Shown: positions 19,808-31,874 of the stretch, piece after piece
Layout of the letters: each line of letters opens with the position of its first letter
Numbering within the stretch: the stretch's first letter is position 1
Source: an uncultured Methanoregulaceae archaeon
Lineage (GTDB): Archaea; Halobacteriota; Methanomicrobia; Methanomicrobiales; Methanospirillaceae
Length of the DNA stretch: 64,000 bases
NCBI GenBank assembly: GCA_963841015.1
Contig: CAWJAX010000005.1
Span: 96,001 to 160,000, forward strand
Direction of reading: 5' to 3'
Notes under the pieces: model-generated
Told to the model about the DNA's origin: nothing
The model's input: the letters and a program-made list of their open reading frames with translations, nothing else
Databases searched by the model: none
Program-made: the position numbers and the translations under genes

Positions 19808-20332
19808 TTACCGGTCCTTGAATTTCTCGACCACACGGACATTGTCGCCCCTTACCGTGATCGGGATGGGGACGATACTTTCGTACAGCTCGACGGTGAT
19901 CTCTTCTTTTGCTGAGTCAACACGCTTGACGACGGCTTTCTCACCTTTGAATGGTCCGGCGATCAGCTCAACAATCGTGCCTTCATCAATACCGGCGACA
20001 ACCGGTTTTGGAATGAGAAAGTGCCCGACTTCAGCAAGGGTCGTTTCACCTTTGATCACTGTACGCGCATGTGCAACCTTTTCCACGAGCTGTTCAATCC
20101 TGTTCAGCTTTTCGGGAGTTTCAACGAGAACATAGCCCTGCAGCTCGTTGGGAACAATGATGGCGGTTACCTTGACATCGGTTGCTTTGGTGTCGATCGC
20201 TTTCAGGATGTTATCAGCTACGGTGCGCTCCTGTTTGGAGGTCGTTTTAATCGCAAAGATGCGGTTGATAAAGACCTCCGGCTCTGCGGGTAGCTGAGGC
20301 GCTCTGGGTGCTGGGGGTGTTGGTTGCGTCAT
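19808..20332 (-). CDS. spt5: Transcription elongation factor Spt5 (NusG)
   Basis: FAIKTTSKQE, GYVLVE, KOW motif VELIAGPFKGEKAVV; own ATG at 20332. Confidence 0.95.
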   Translation of the reverse strand: MTQPTPPAPRAPQLPAEPEVFINRIFAIKTTSKQERTVADNILKAIDTKATDVKVTAIIVPNELQGYVLVETPEKLNRIEQLVEKVAHARTVIKGETTLAEVGHFLIPKPVVAGIDEGTIVELIAGPFKGEKAVVKRVDSAKEEITVELYESIVPIPITVRGDNVRVVEKFKDR

Positions 20333-20337
20333 ACCAA

Positions 20338-20539
20338 TCAGTAGGGTAATAATACGAAGAGGCTCGTAGATGATGAATCCGATCAGTCCGACGAGTAAGA
20401 CACCCGCGGCAGCGACGGTCGCGATCTTGGTAAACTCTTCCCGGGTAGGGGTTCGTGCGAGTTTTAGCACCCGCCAGTATTTGCGGAATAACTCCTCGTG
20501 GAGTATATCGACTTTGAAGTCAGGTTTTGAAATTTCCAT
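20338..20539 (-). CDS. secE: Protein translocase SecE/Sec61-gamma; one extra base at ~20361 creates an apparent fusion to Spt5
   Basis: YWRVLKLARTPTREEF plus a TM helix. Removing one base gives YELFVLLPY* ending at 20338. Confidence 0.9.
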
Positions 20540-20545
20540 ATCTGC

Positions 20546-21637
20546 TCACTTGAGAAAATCGATCTCAAACTGTTTCTGTACTTTGGGGGTAAGCTTCTCA
20601 TTACGACCATATATTTGTGGCGACCGTACGCCCGTGACAACCAGGAGTGTCCGCATCTTACACTGCATTGCGGGGTCGATCTGTGCCCCCCAGATGATCC
20701 GCGCACCCGGGTCAACACGGTTATAGACTTCCTGCACAACCCCTTCTGCCTCTTCCATGGTCATATCCGGCCCGCCGACCACGTTAACAAGTGCAGCGGT
20801 TGCACCGCTGATATCCACATCAAGGAGCGGAGAGCGGATCGCCTTTTTCACCGAATCCGCAGCTTTGTCCTCGCTGTCACTCTCTCCCATGCCTATCATG
20901 GCAACGCCACCACGTTCCATGACGGTGCGCACATCCGCAAAATCAAGGTTGACTAATCCGGGCATGGTAATCAGTTCGGTAATCCCCTTGACTGCACGCA
21001 TGAGAACTTCATCGGCAACCTTGAAAGCGGCATAAAGAGGGAGCTTGGGTACGACTTCGAGCAGCCGGTCATTCGGCACAACAATAACCGTGTCTGCCAC
21101 ATCCCTGAGGCGCTCAAGCCCTGCCTCTGCATTCTCCATACGGATGGCACCTTCCGCAGAAAAAGGCAGGGTGACGATTGCAATGGTCAGTGCCCCTTCT
21201 TCCCGGGCAGCCTTTGCAACAACCGGGGCGACACCAGTCCCGGTGCCGCCGCCAAGACCAACGGTAATAAAGACCATATCGGAGCCGGAAACGACCGCAC
21301 GGATCTCCGCCTCGTTTTCCAGAGCCGCCTCTTCTCCTATCTGGGGGATGGACCCGGCACCGAGACCCCGGGTTCGCTGCCTGCCAACAAGGATGCGCTG
21401 ATTCGCCTGGGTGCGGATCAGGTGCTGGGCATCCGTATTTATAGCGATCAGTTTTGCCCCGTGAATACCTTCCTCCATCATGCGGGAGATCGTGTTCGAT
21501 CCCCCGCCACCACAACCAATCACCGTGATTTCAGTCTTGAGCTCGGCCAGGATCTGGTCAAGGTCTTCGTTATTCTGCGAGGTGGAAACGGGTTCGTCCC
21601 TCGCCTTAGTAAGTGCCTCTTCTACAATTGACCTCAT
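20546..21637 (-). CDS. ftsZ: Cell division protein FtsZ
   Basis: [31 protein letters not shown]. Confidence 0.98.
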   Translation of the reverse strand: MRSIVEEALTKARDEPVSTSQNNEDLDQILAELKTEITVIGCGGGGSNTISRMMEEGIHGAKLIAINTDAQHLIRTQANQRILVGRQRTRGLGAGSIPQIGEEAALENEAEIRAVVSGSDMVFITVGLGGGTGTGVAPVVAKAAREEGALTIAIVTLPFSAEGAIRMENAEAGLERLRDVADTVIVVPNDRLLEVVPKLPLYAAFKVADEVLMRAVKGITELITMPGLVNLDFADVRTVMERGGVAMIGMGESDSEDKAADSVKKAIRSPLLDVDISGATAALVNVVGGPDMTMEEAEGVVQEVYNRVDPGARIIWGAQIDPAMQCKMRTLLVVTGVRSPQIYGRNEKLTPKVQKQFEIDFLK

Positions 21638-22951
21638 GAAAACTTCTCCAACCCCGGGATGTGGAGTTTAATTTCACTGCAGGAAGACACCATGTCAGGA
21701 GTAATCATCCTGCCATCGATCTCGACTGCCTGACCCGCCACCAGGTGTTTATAGGAAGGTCCTGCGGGAACCCCCAGGTTGCGCGCTTTATGGGGATCGA
21801 ACCTTGCCTTATGTATGATCAGGGTATCTTTCTCCGTTGCAGTGATCTCTTTGTTACGTATGATTTTTACGCACAATGTATTTAAATCATTTATTATTTG
21901 TGAAGAATGGCCTTCATACGTGATAAATTCCGGAAGCAGGCGGTTCTCGTGCGTTGAAAGGTGAACGACCGGAAGTTTACCAAGCGATTGTATCAGGGCA
22001 GTCCCATCTGATTTCACGGTTTCTCCAATCAGATCAGGATTTAACCTGACCATACACAGCGTCCCCTCCCCCGTCAGATTATGGACATAGCACCGTGCGC
22101 CTGAACGGACCTGCTCTGCCATATCACGGACAGCCTGGTAGGTATTCCAGGACAGGTGCCCCATTGCCATGATCTCACTTTCCGAAAGCCGGAGAATCGA
22201 GAGCCGGTTGAGCATCCCGGTCAGATTGCGGAGTTCTTCGCGATCCAGCGCTTTCCGGTCAATATATGCAGCTGACAGCCCCGCTTTTTGCCATCATCGC
22301 CAGCACCAGCTCCTCATCAAGCATCGGGATTTCCCGGGTATGGGCGATATGCCCGAACGCCCCTCTGGAGGTAAGGGCAATCTCAGTCTCCCGTGTTGCA
22401 TAGTGGGTACCACCAAATCCAATCAGAGGCACTGAATTCACCGCAGATGCAGACAAAACGCTTTCCGCGACAGCTCTGCCAGCAACAGGATCTGTCCATT
22501 CCTTCTCTGTACTCCCGATTTCGACAAAGAATGAGGGGTGTGAAAGACCGGTCGGTCCGTGGTGGGTGACTTCATAGGAGACCCGGTATCCTTCAGGACA
22601 GTGTTTCCTGAGTGCACGGAGCGTTGCCTGCATCATCGCGGGGGCTGCAGGCGCAAGAGTGCGGGGACTTCCCCCGACTTCTGCAGCACCAAAATTTCCG
22701 GTCACATGCACGGTGAGGACCGGAACGGGATTGGCACTGTAATGCCGTGAGAGAAAGATCAGGAGATCTGCATCAATCTGTATATCGATATGTTCTGCAT
22801 GGATCAGACGCTCAGCCACATGATAGAAATCATAGGTACGATCCTGATACTGGTCCCCCCCAGGAGCAATCGTACCAAGAAGGTGTTCGATGTGGTGCCG
22901 GATATTCACTCCCGCCTTGTCCTGCCGGGAGTTGATAAGAGCGACCTTCAT
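21634..22951 (-). CDS. dtdA: D-aminoacyl-tRNA deacylase (DTD2) with long C-terminal extension; frameshift ~22274
   Basis: [34 protein letters not shown]. Frames join as GAVAAYIDRK. Confidence 0.9.
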
Positions 22952-23041
22952 GTACCCAGATATTGGCAGTTCATCACGATTAAGAGTCTCATGGTGAATG
23001 AAAGGTAAACCCTATGATGAAGTAAACAGCATAGTGTTACC

Positions 23042-23219
23042 ATGGACTCAGATAAGATTGAACAGGCATTCAAGAGTGCAGGAATCGAAAAGAGCATCAC
23101 CTGCCCGGAGGCATTTTCCATCGCTGCAAAGTTCCGCATCCCCAAAAAGGAGATCAGTGAGTACCTGTAATGCGCACGGGATCAAGATCCGCGGCTGTCA
23201 GCTGGGCTGCTTCAAATGA
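23042..23219 (+). CDS. Small Cys-rich protein (…CQLGCF) coupled to moeA; extra base ~23165
   Basis: Corrected translation MDSDKIEQAFKSAGIEKSITCPEAFSIAAKFRIPKKEISEYCNAHGIKIRGCQLGCFK; ATGA overlap with moeA. Confidence 0.75.
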
Positions 23220-24421
23220 GTCTTTTTTTACAGGTAGTTTCCGTTTCAAAGGCAATCGAAGAGATCAGGAATCTTGCTGTTCGCTGCGGTGATGAATCGG
23301 TCAGCCTCGTCGGGGCACTCCACCGTATTCTCGCAGAGGATATCCGAGCAGACGGGGACATTCCCGGCTTCACCAGATCTGTCGTAGACGGGTACGCAGT
23401 ACCAGCTGCCGATACAACGGGTTCAGGTGAGACCATCCCTTCAATCTTCCCCCTTCGTGGCAGGGTTGCTATGGGAGCGTCTGCAGGCACCCACATCCAA
23501 CCGGGGGAATGTATTTACGTTCCTACCGGAGGAATCCTTCCCGAAGGTGCTGATGCGGTGGTCATGATTGAACATGCTGAGCAGATCGGTAAGGAAATTC
23601 TCGTAAAAAAACCTGTTGCCCATGGGGAAAATGTTCTCTTTTTTAACGAGGATTTTTCCTCAGGAGACGTTGTTTGTACAAGAGGGAAAAGGCTTTCACC
23701 ACAGGACATTGGTGTACTTGCCGCTGCCGGATGCGTTGATGTGCCGGTTGTCAGAATGCCGAAAGTCGGGATACTCTCCACCGGGAACGAACTGGTACCA
23801 GTGAATGTCCGTCCACTGCCCGGACAGGTGAGAGATGTAAACTCGTTCGTTGTTGCCTCGTTCGTACGGGAACAGGGATGCGCACCAATCCTTTACGGGA
23901 TAGTGCGGGATGACCGGGAGGCACTTCGTTCTGCTATCTGTAAAGCAACATCAGAATGTGATGCTGTACTTATCTCCGGAGGCAGTTCCAAAGATGACCG
24001 CGATATAGTAGCAGCGATTATCAGGGAGGAAGGAGCGGTTCTGATCCATGGAATCGCAATTTCTCCCGGCAAACCCACCATTATCGGCAGATATGGGAAT
24101 ATTCCGGTCATCGGGCTGCCCGGCCATCCTGCATCTGCTTTCATCGTACTCGTTGCAATCATCCGTTACCTGTTTGCAGGAATGACCGGGGATACGGCTA
24201 GCGGGGTGCGATCAGTACAGGCTACACTTGGTCAGAATGTGTCATCGTCAAAAGGCAGGGAGGATTATGTGCGGGTCGCTGTACATGATGGGATTGCAAC
24301 ACCCCTGTTCGGAAAATCCGGGCTGCTCAATACCCTTGTAAAAAGCACCGGTGTCGTCCGGATTCCTGCTGAAAGTGAAGGGGTGGAAACCGGAACACTG
24401 GTTGAGGTGATTCTATGGTAA
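23216..24421 (+). CDS. moeA: Molybdopterin molybdenumtransferase MoeA
   Basis: RSVVDGYAV, TGGILPEGADAVVMIE, STGNEL, SGGSS, PGKP, GLPGHP. Confidence 0.95.
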   Translation: MSLFLQVVSVSKAIEEIRNLAVRCGDESVSLVGALHRILAEDIRADGDIPGFTRSVVDGYAVPAADTTGSGETIPSIFPLRGRVAMGASAGTHIQPGECIYVPTGGILPEGADAVVMIEHAEQIGKEILVKKPVAHGENVLFFNEDFSSGDVVCTRGKRLSPQDIGVLAAAGCVDVPVVRMPKVGILSTGNELVPVNVRPLPGQVRDVNSFVVASFVREQGCAPILYGIVRDDREALRSAICKATSECDAVLISGGSSKDDRDIVAAIIREEGAVLIHGIAISPGKPTIIGRYGNIPVIGLPGHPASAFIVLVAIIRYLFAGMTGDTASGVRSVQATLGQNVSSSKGREDYVRVAVHDGIATPLFGKSGLLNTLVKSTGVVRIPAESEGVETGTLVEVILW

Positions 24422-26271
24422 AACGCTATCTCACGGTGACTTCATTATCAGATACCCTCTCGCTCCTTCGCTCCGGATTCTCCTGCACACCGATACGAGA
24501 GATGGTCCCCTTACTTAAATCGGTCGGACGGGTCACTGCAGAACCCATCTTTGCCCGGTATTCAGTGCCTGAAGTGCACCTTGCCGCGATGGATGGTATC
24601 GCCGTTGAAAGCAAAGAGACCCGGGGAGCAAACGAACAACACCCGGTTACCCTGAAGCATGCGGTGAGAGTGAATACCGGTAATGTCGTGCCACCCCACT
24701 ATGATGCCGTGATCATGATCGAGGATGTACATATCGATCATGAGCGGTTTATCATCCGCAAGGCAGCCCCGCCATGGCAGCATGTCCGCCCTGCAGGTGA
24801 AGACATAGGAGAATCCGAAATGGCGCTGCCGTCACGCCACCAGATTCGCCCGGCAGATCTCGGTGCTCTCGCTGCATATGGCATTACCGAATTGCCTGTA
24901 ATTACCGTACGGATCGGGTTGATCCCTACAGGAAGCGAGCTTGTTTCCCACGGTAATCTCCCTGCACCCGGACAGGTAGTTGAGAGTAACACCGTGATGG
25001 CAGAAGCGATGCTGGCAGCGCTTGGTGCACGGTGCACACGCTATCCCATGGTGAAAGATGACCCGGTGCAGATCAGGAAAGTGCTGCAACAAGCGGTTGA
25101 TGAGAATGATCTCGTAATCATCTCTGCAGGATCATCAGCCGGTACAAAAGACTTCACTGCCGATGTGATTGCAGACCTCGGCGAGGTGCTGGTCCACGGG
25201 ATTGCCATAAAACCCGGTAAGCCGGCTATAATCGGGCGGATCAATAAAAAACCGGTCATAGGTATGCCGGGATATCCCCTGTCAGCATTGACGGTACTCC
25301 GCGAGATCGTGACACCACTTGTTCACCAGTTCGGCCTTCCTGTGACCTCGTTTGGCAGTATGGAAGCCTGTTTTACCGTTTCAGTTTCCAAGGATATAGG
25401 GAGTGACGAGTTCGTCTTGTGCTCGCTGGGACATGTGGGTGACCGCTGGGTACTATCTCCCTTATCACGGGGTGCAGGGGTCCAGATGAGTGCGGTCCGG
25501 TCCAACGCGTACCTGAAAATGCCGTCCGGGGTTGAGGGCTACGAAGCAGGGGCCCGGGTAACCGCAAACCTGACCGTTTCACAAACTGAAGCCGAAAAGG
25601 CACTCCTGTTAACCGGGAGCCACGATCCCCTGGTTGACTATCTTGCCGATCTCCTCTCGCAAAAGGACGTTGAACTTCATTCCACGCACGTGGGAAGCAT
25701 GGGAGGGATCCTCGCCCTCAAAAAGAACGAGTGCCATGCTGCCCCGATGCACCTGCTCGCCGAAGATGGGGACTACAACATCCCCTCTCTGCAAAAATAC
25801 CTGCCGGGGGAGGATATTGTCCTGATTTGTGTCACGGAGCGACAACAGGGGATAGTCTCAAAAAAGGGAATCGATTTCAAAGAACTGCAGCGCCACACTT
25901 TTGTAAACAGGCAGCGGGGATCCGGTACACGGATGTTGCTTGATCACCTGCTGGGGAAGAATCGTATCGACCCATCCCAGATCCAGGGGTATGAGCGGGA
26001 GGTGACTACCCATCTTGCCGTGGCTCTTGCAGTGAAATCCGGAGAAGCCGATGCCGGGATGTGCGTTTATAGTGCAGCAAAGGCACTCGGACTCCGGTTC
26101 ATTCCGGTAGCATCGGAACGCTACGAGATCGCGATACGTCGCGAGCATCTTGAGGATCCCCGGGTTTCGGAACTCTGTAAAACCCTGGTCTCACCTGCAT
26201 TTAAGGAGATCCTTGACCGCCTCGGGGGGTACGGTACAAGGGAGACAGGCGTGCGGCGTGAACTGCCATAG
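24415..26271 (+). CDS. moeA: MoeA paralog fused to a C-terminal PBP (molybdate/tungstate-binding) domain
   Basis: AAMDGIAV, SAGSSAG, KPGKP; C-terminal GSHD, GSMGG, NRQRGSGTR. Confidence 0.93.
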   Translation: MVKRYLTVTSLSDTLSLLRSGFSCTPIREMVPLLKSVGRVTAEPIFARYSVPEVHLAAMDGIAVESKETRGANEQHPVTLKHAVRVNTGNVVPPHYDAVIMIEDVHIDHERFIIRKAAPPWQHVRPAGEDIGESEMALPSRHQIRPADLGALAAYGITELPVITVRIGLIPTGSELVSHGNLPAPGQVVESNTVMAEAMLAALGARCTRYPMVKDDPVQIRKVLQQAVDENDLVIISAGSSAGTKDFTADVIADLGEVLVHGIAIKPGKPAIIGRINKKPVIGMPGYPLSALTVLREIVTPLVHQFGLPVTSFGSMEACFTVSVSKDIGSDEFVLCSLGHVGDRWVLSPLSRGAGVQMSAVRSNAYLKMPSGVEGYEAGARVTANLTVSQTEAEKALLLTGSHDPLVDYLADLLSQKDVELHSTHVGSMGGILALKKNECHAAPMHLLAEDGDYNIPSLQKYLPGEDIVLICVTERQQGIVSKKGIDFKELQRHTFVNRQRGSGTRMLLDHLLGKNRIDPSQIQGYEREVTTHLAVALAVKSGEADAGMCVYSAAKALGLRFIPVASERYEIAIRREHLEDPRVSELCKTLVSPAFKEILDRLGGYGTRETGVRRELP

Positions 26272-26288
26272 TACCAAGACTCAGCCAG

Positions 26289-27722
26289 CTACTCCATCCC
26301 GCCATTCCGGTTGATCACCATCAGCCGAAGCTCGGTCATCTCCTCAATCGCATAGCGAGGACCTTCACGCCCGATCCCTGACCCCTTCATACCACCGTAT
26401 GGCATCTGATCGACCCGGAAGGTGGGAATGTCGTTCACGATAACTCCCCCCACTTCCATCTCTCCAAATGCCCGCATAACCCGGTTGAGGTTCTGGGTGA
26501 ATATTCCGATCTGGAGACCGAACTCACCCGCGTTGGCCATCCGGAGTGCTTCAGAAAAATCATCATAGGGGATTACAGAGATAACCGGAGCAAATACTTC
26601 CTCACGAACTACTCTCATGTCCGGTTTCGTATCGACAATAACGGTGGGTTCAAACAATGACTCTTCCAGTTCACCGCCGATCAGAACGCGTGCACCCTGC
26701 TGTTCAGCTTCCTGGACTTTCCTGTATGCCTCCTCTGCCTTCTCCTTATCGATCATAGGACCAATATCAGTCGCAGATTCGCGGGGGTCGCCAACCTTCA
26801 GCGCCTTCATCGCTGAGAGAATTTTTTCAAGGGTGCGATCGTAGACAGGGCGGTGCACCAGCACCCGCTGGACAGATATGCAGACCTGACCGGCGTTAAT
26901 AAAACCCCCGGTAGCGATCCGGTCTGCAGCAAAATCGAGGTTTGCATCCTCGTGAACGATAACTGCTGCGTTCCCTCCCAGTTCCAGTCCTACCTTTTTT
27001 CGTCCTGCAATAGTACGAAGGTGCCAGCCAACCGAACAACTGCCGGTGAACGAGAGATATGCAATACGGGGATCCCGTACGAGATTTTCCGCACGTGCTT
27101 TTACGCAGGGTATTACGCTAATCGCTTCCGGGGGGAGACCGGCTTCGAGCGTCATCGCACCAAGAAGTAAGCTACAAACGGGTGTAACGGTTGCGGGTTT
27201 GAGAATGATGGAGTTCCCTGCAGCGATAGCCGGTGCGAGCTTGTGGCAGGCGAGATTCAGCGGGAAATTAAATGGGACAATCCCAAGAACAGGTCCAAGA
27301 GGGAACCGCTGGAGAAAACCAACTTTCCCTTCAGTTTCATCTGTCCAGTCGAGCGGGATTATCTCCCCGTAGATTCGTTTTGCTTCCTCCGCAGAAGTCC
27401 GGACAGTTACCTCTGCACGGGATATCTCATTGACCGCAAACTTTTTTGTTTTGCCACCTTCCATCACCATCACATCGACCAGTTCGTCTGACCGCTTATG
27501 GATCTCATCGGCAAGACGGGAAAGGATTCGTGACCGTGTTCCTGAAGAAAGCCTGCGGGTTTTTTCATATCCCCGCACTGCTGCCGCAACTGCTTCCTTC
27601 AAATCGCTCTCGCTCGCCAGGCAGACCTTTGCGTATAGTTCACCAGTGTAGGGAAAATACACATTCACGGTTTTTGCGGTCTTCTTCTTAACACCGCCAA
27701 GAATAATGGGATATGTCTCCAT
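26289..27722 (-). CDS. NAD(P)-dependent aldehyde dehydrogenase (lactaldehyde dehydrogenase-like)
   Basis: PFNFP, FTGS, LELGGN, GQVCISVQR, EEVFAP, GIGREG. Confidence 0.93.
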   Translation of the reverse strand: METYPIILGGVKKKTAKTVNVYFPYTGELYAKVCLASESDLKEAVAAAVRGYEKTRRLSSGTRSRILSRLADEIHKRSDELVDVMVMEGGKTKKFAVNEISRAEVTVRTSAEEAKRIYGEIIPLDWTDETEGKVGFLQRFPLGPVLGIVPFNFPLNLACHKLAPAIAAGNSIILKPATVTPVCSLLLGAMTLEAGLPPEAISVIPCVKARAENLVRDPRIAYLSFTGSCSVGWHLRTIAGRKKVGLELGGNAAVIVHEDANLDFAADRIATGGFINAGQVCISVQRVLVHRPVYDRTLEKILSAMKALKVGDPRESATDIGPMIDKEKAEEAYRKVQEAEQQGARVLIGGELEESLFEPTVIVDTKPDMRVVREEVFAPVISVIPYDDFSEALRMANAGEFGLQIGIFTQNLNRVMRAFGEMEVGGVIVNDIPTFRVDQMPYGGMKGSGIGREGPRYAIEEMTELRLMVINRNGGME

Positions 27723-27914
27723 CAATGATCATTCCGGTCAGTTCTGAGGGTCTGTTTTATTCCGTTGTGTTCTCCAGAATTTCCGTTGTGGCATGCATAT
27801 CGTTACAGCATCTGAAGTCATCCATAAGACTATTCCAACTCTGAAGGTAGGTCTGTCCAAATAAAAGGATTCGGTTCGGTCTTAAAAAAAGTGGCGTTTC
27901 TCCTTGCACGAGCA

Positions 27915-28487
27915 TCAGAGCCGTGTAATTTTTACCGGTACCCGGAAGATGGCATCATTGATACCGGATTCCTTCCGGTCATCAGCGCACAGGAAATACT
28001 TACCCTGGTTCTTTATCGTGAGGGTCTTTTCCTGGGGAACGGAGATATCATTGAGCTGGATGAGGGGTGAAATCCCGTCATACACCCAGGTCTTCTTTAC
28101 GGTATCCCAGGTTGGTCTGACAGTCTCGATCTTTTCATAATCATCTACCTTAAGAAACAGAATATTCACATTGATCGTCCCCCCAGCAGGGGATGTTGCC
28201 CATATCGTATACTTCTGATCAGGGTAAAGATAGTCAACCCCGAGAGCCTTCTGGAGGTCAAGGCATTTATAGTCATTAAAATGGGTGTCAATAGTGGTCT
28301 CCAGACCACTGTTTTTTGCCGCCTGATAGGCAGAAGTTACCTGAGTATACGAGGGAGCCGGGGGAACGCCCGGAACTGGTGTTGTCACAGCCACGGTGGT
28401 CGTATTCGGTGTCGTAGTACAACCGCAAACACATGCAAGCAGGATCACCATTACCCCGATAATGAGAGAGTATCGTTCGAATCTCAT
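27915..28487 (-). CDS. Hypothetical lipoprotein
   Basis: Signal peptide with CVCGC lipobox-like motif and T/P-rich linker. Confidence 0.7.
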   Translation of the reverse strand: MRFERYSLIIGVMVILLACVCGCTTTPNTTTVAVTTPVPGVPPAPSYTQVTSAYQAAKNSGLETTIDTHFNDYKCLDLQKALGVDYLYPDQKYTIWATSPAGGTINVNILFLKVDDYEKIETVRPTWDTVKKTWVYDGISPLIQLNDISVPQEKTLTIKNQGKYFLCADDRKESGINDAIFRVPVKITRL

Positions 28488-28665
28488 GATGTTCAATTCA
28501 AAAGTTACGCATATAATTGTTACGATTCCGATCCACCGGGTACTTCGTTTTTTGGTACTGCCGGAAACCCGGTAACCTGTGATGGGAGAAAAACTACTTT
28601 GTCCACCAGCACCAACATTGCCCTACGCACATTTCTGCGTCATAAACATATTTAAGAGGGGTTTT

Positions 28666-31600
28666 GTGAGAGAAGTCATCGCTAACTTCAATGCACAGTC
28701 GATAGAGTGTGCGGTGCAGGAACACTGGCGCACCAATGATACTTACGCAACCGTAAAACAGCACCGCGGTGGAGGGAAACCGTTCTTTTTTGTTGACGGT
28801 CCTCCCTATACCACAGGGACCATTCACCTGGGAACTGCGTGGAACAAGATACTAAAAGACTCTGTCCTGCGCTATCACCGCATGAATGACCGGCATGTAA
28901 TTGACCGGGCTGGCTACGATATGCACGGTCTTCCGATCGAAGTAAAAGTTGAGCAGGCACTCGGTTTTGAGTCAAAAAAGGATATCGAGAAGTATGGTAT
29001 CCGGAAATTCATCGATCAATGCCGGGAGTTTGCTACCAGGAACAAGCTCCTGATGGATGACCAGTTCGCCAGTCTTGGCGTCTGGCTGGACTTCCCGGGC
29101 GCTTACCAGACGGTTATGCCTGAATATATCGAGGCTGCATGGTGGACACTCGCACGGGCTGAGCAAAAGGGCATGCTCGAACGCGGGCACCGTGTTGTCA
29201 ACTGGTGTCCCCGGTGCGAGACAGCGATTGCAGATGCTGAAGTGGAATACAGGGACGTGAACGACCCCTCGGTTTTCGTCAAGTTCCCCCTCAAAGGTAA
29301 GAAAAACGAATACCTTGTTATCTGGACGACAACACCGTGGACGCTACCTGCCAACGTTGCCGTGGCCGTAGCTGGGGATTTCGAGTATGCAAAAGTGCTC
29401 GCCAAAAAAGACGACAGGGAAACACTCCTCTGGATCGCCGAACCATTGGTAAAAGCGGTTCTGAAGAAGGGACGCTGTAAAGACTTTTCCATTCTCGAGA
29501 CAAAGAAGGGTGCCGATCTCGCAGGATGGGAATATGAATCACCGCTCTGTTCCTGCGTGCCACTCCAGCGCGAGATCGATCACAAGGTTCTCACCGCAGA
29601 TTTCGTTGCGCTCGAGAATACCGGCATGGTTCATATCGCACCCGGCCATGGCTGGGACGACTTCGTGCTGGGGACAAAGGAGGGACTTGCCATTGTCTGC
29701 CCGGTGGATGGTGCCGGGAAATTCAAAGAAGAGGCCGGGATCTTTGCGGGTCAGTTCGTGCGGGATTCCAATGAGAATGTTCTGGTAGCGCTTGGCGATC
29801 ACCTGTTTGCACAAGAGACCGTCACCCACCGCTATGGTCACTGCTGGCGCTGCAAGACACCGATCATCTTCCGGGCGACATCACAATGGTTCTTGAAAAT
29901 CTCAGAGATGCGGGATCTGATGCTCAAAGAAGTGGCGAAAGTCACCTGGTACCGGATTGGGCGGGAAGCGCACGGTTCTACGACTGGATCAAGGAAGCCC
30001 GCGACTGGTGTATCTCGCGCCAGCGCTACTGGGGCATACCGATCCCCGTCTGGGTCTGCCCGAAATGCGATGCTTATCGGGTGATAGGTACTATCAGCGA
30101 ACTCGAAGAGCGCAGCGGCAGGCCACTCGCGGATCCACACCGCCCCTACGTTGATGATGTTACAATCCCCTGCAACTGCGGCGGTACGATGAAACGGGTC
30201 GAGGATATCTTCGATGTCTGGTTCGACTCGGCCGTTGCATCGTGGGCTACACTCGGATTCCCGGGTAAAACCACAGAGTTTGATATCCTCTGGCCGGCAG
30301 ATTTTATCACGGAAGGACAGGACCAGACCCGTGGATGGTTTTACTCCCAGCTCGGAGCGAGCATCATCGCATTCGGCAAAGCACCCTACCGGAGTGTCTG
30401 CATGCACGGCTTTGCTCTCGATGCCGAGGGGAAGAAGATGTCAAAAAGCCTTGGCAATGTCGTAACACCCGAAGAGGTCATCGCAAAAGTCGGTGTCGAT
30501 GTGCTCCGGCTGTACGTGCTTTCCTCATCAGCTCCCTGGGACGATCTCAAGTTTAACTGGGAGGGTGTTGGCACCACCAACCGTGCTATGAACATTCTCT
30601 GGAACGTGTACCGTTTCCCGCTCCCCTATATGATCCTGGATAAATTCGAACCTTCAAACAGGAATGGTGTCTGGGATGGGGCGTACATCCGGGCACACCT
30701 CAGTCATATGCCAGACGAGGACCGTTTCATCATATCCCGTATTAACTCTGTCGCTGCCACCGTTGATACAGCGTTGAAGGAATGCCAGCTCCACCGGGCA
30801 ACCCGGGAACTGGTGAACTTTATCCTGGAAGATCTCTCCCGCTGGTATGTTCAGCTTGTCCGCCCCCGCATGTGGTCTGAGGGGGAGTCGGTTGACAAAC
30901 TCCATGCCTATGAGACGATCTACTATGTTATGCGCCGGCTCACCGGGCTCCTTGCGCCGTTCTGCCCCCATATCACTGAGGAGATCTACCAGAACCTCAG
31001 GTGCGGGAATGATCCCGCAAGCATTCATCTGCAGGACTGGAATGCCGGGGATCCCGCACTTGTTGATGCATCTCTCGAACATGCGGTTTATATCGTCCGA
31101 TCCTTTGATGACGCATGTGCAAATGCACGTCAGGCAGGCAGGCGGAAACTCCGCTGGCCGGTATCTGAAGTAGTCGTGGTTACGGGTTCAGAAACGGTAA
31201 AAAACGCTATTGAACGGTTGAATGCAGTCTGTATGGACCGGGCTAATGCCCGTAAGGTGTCCGTTATCATGGAACGATGGGACCGGATCGGCTGGCAGGC
31301 AGAACCGGTCATGAAGGCGCTCGGAAAAGCATTTGGCAAGAACTCCTTCAAAGTGAAAGGACTAATCGAAAGTGCCGATGGCAACCATCTCAAAGCAGAG
31401 ATCGGGGTCGGGCGGACCGTAAAACTCAGTGCCAATGGCGAGGTCTTCGAAATCGGTGCGGAACACATGACCTTCACCGAAAAACTCCCATCGGAAGTGT
31501 TTTCCGCTCCCATGCAGGACGCAACGGTGTATGTGGATGTCAGGCTCGATGATGATCTCGAGAGGGAAGGGTATGAGCGTGAGGTTATCCGCCGGATACA

Positions 31601-31874
31601 GGAAATGCGCAAACAACTCGATCTTGTTGTCAGCGAGTTCATCTCAGTGGAAGTGCTGGTAGATAATGCCAGGATCTTCGACCTTCTTAGTAAAAACAGC
31701 CAAAACAATATTGCAGGAGAGGTTTTAGCGGTAGTACCGGATAAAGGAGTCCTGTTTTCCTTCCTTAAACCGGGAGACAGACTAAGGCCTCATGCATCAA
31801 TAAAGGAATGGGAAATTGAAGGAGCAACAGAGACTGTCAGCATGACTATAGGGATCTCACGGGCAGGCAACTAA
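28666..31874 (+). CDS. ileS: Isoleucyl-tRNA synthetase; one base missing at ~29953
   Basis: DGPPY..G.IHLGT, WTTTPWTLP, GTG-like NTGMVHIAPGHG, DWCISRQRYWG, KMSKSLGN. Frames join as VTWYPDWAG. Confidence 0.96.

Noticed and set aside
19808-20539. Apparent SecE-Spt5 fusion (membrane-tethered elongation factor) in the ORF track
   Set aside because: Deleting one base inside AG(G)CT at 20360-20364 restores SecE ending YELFVLLPY* and a separate Spt5 ATG at 20332. This fits the AGCT error pattern.
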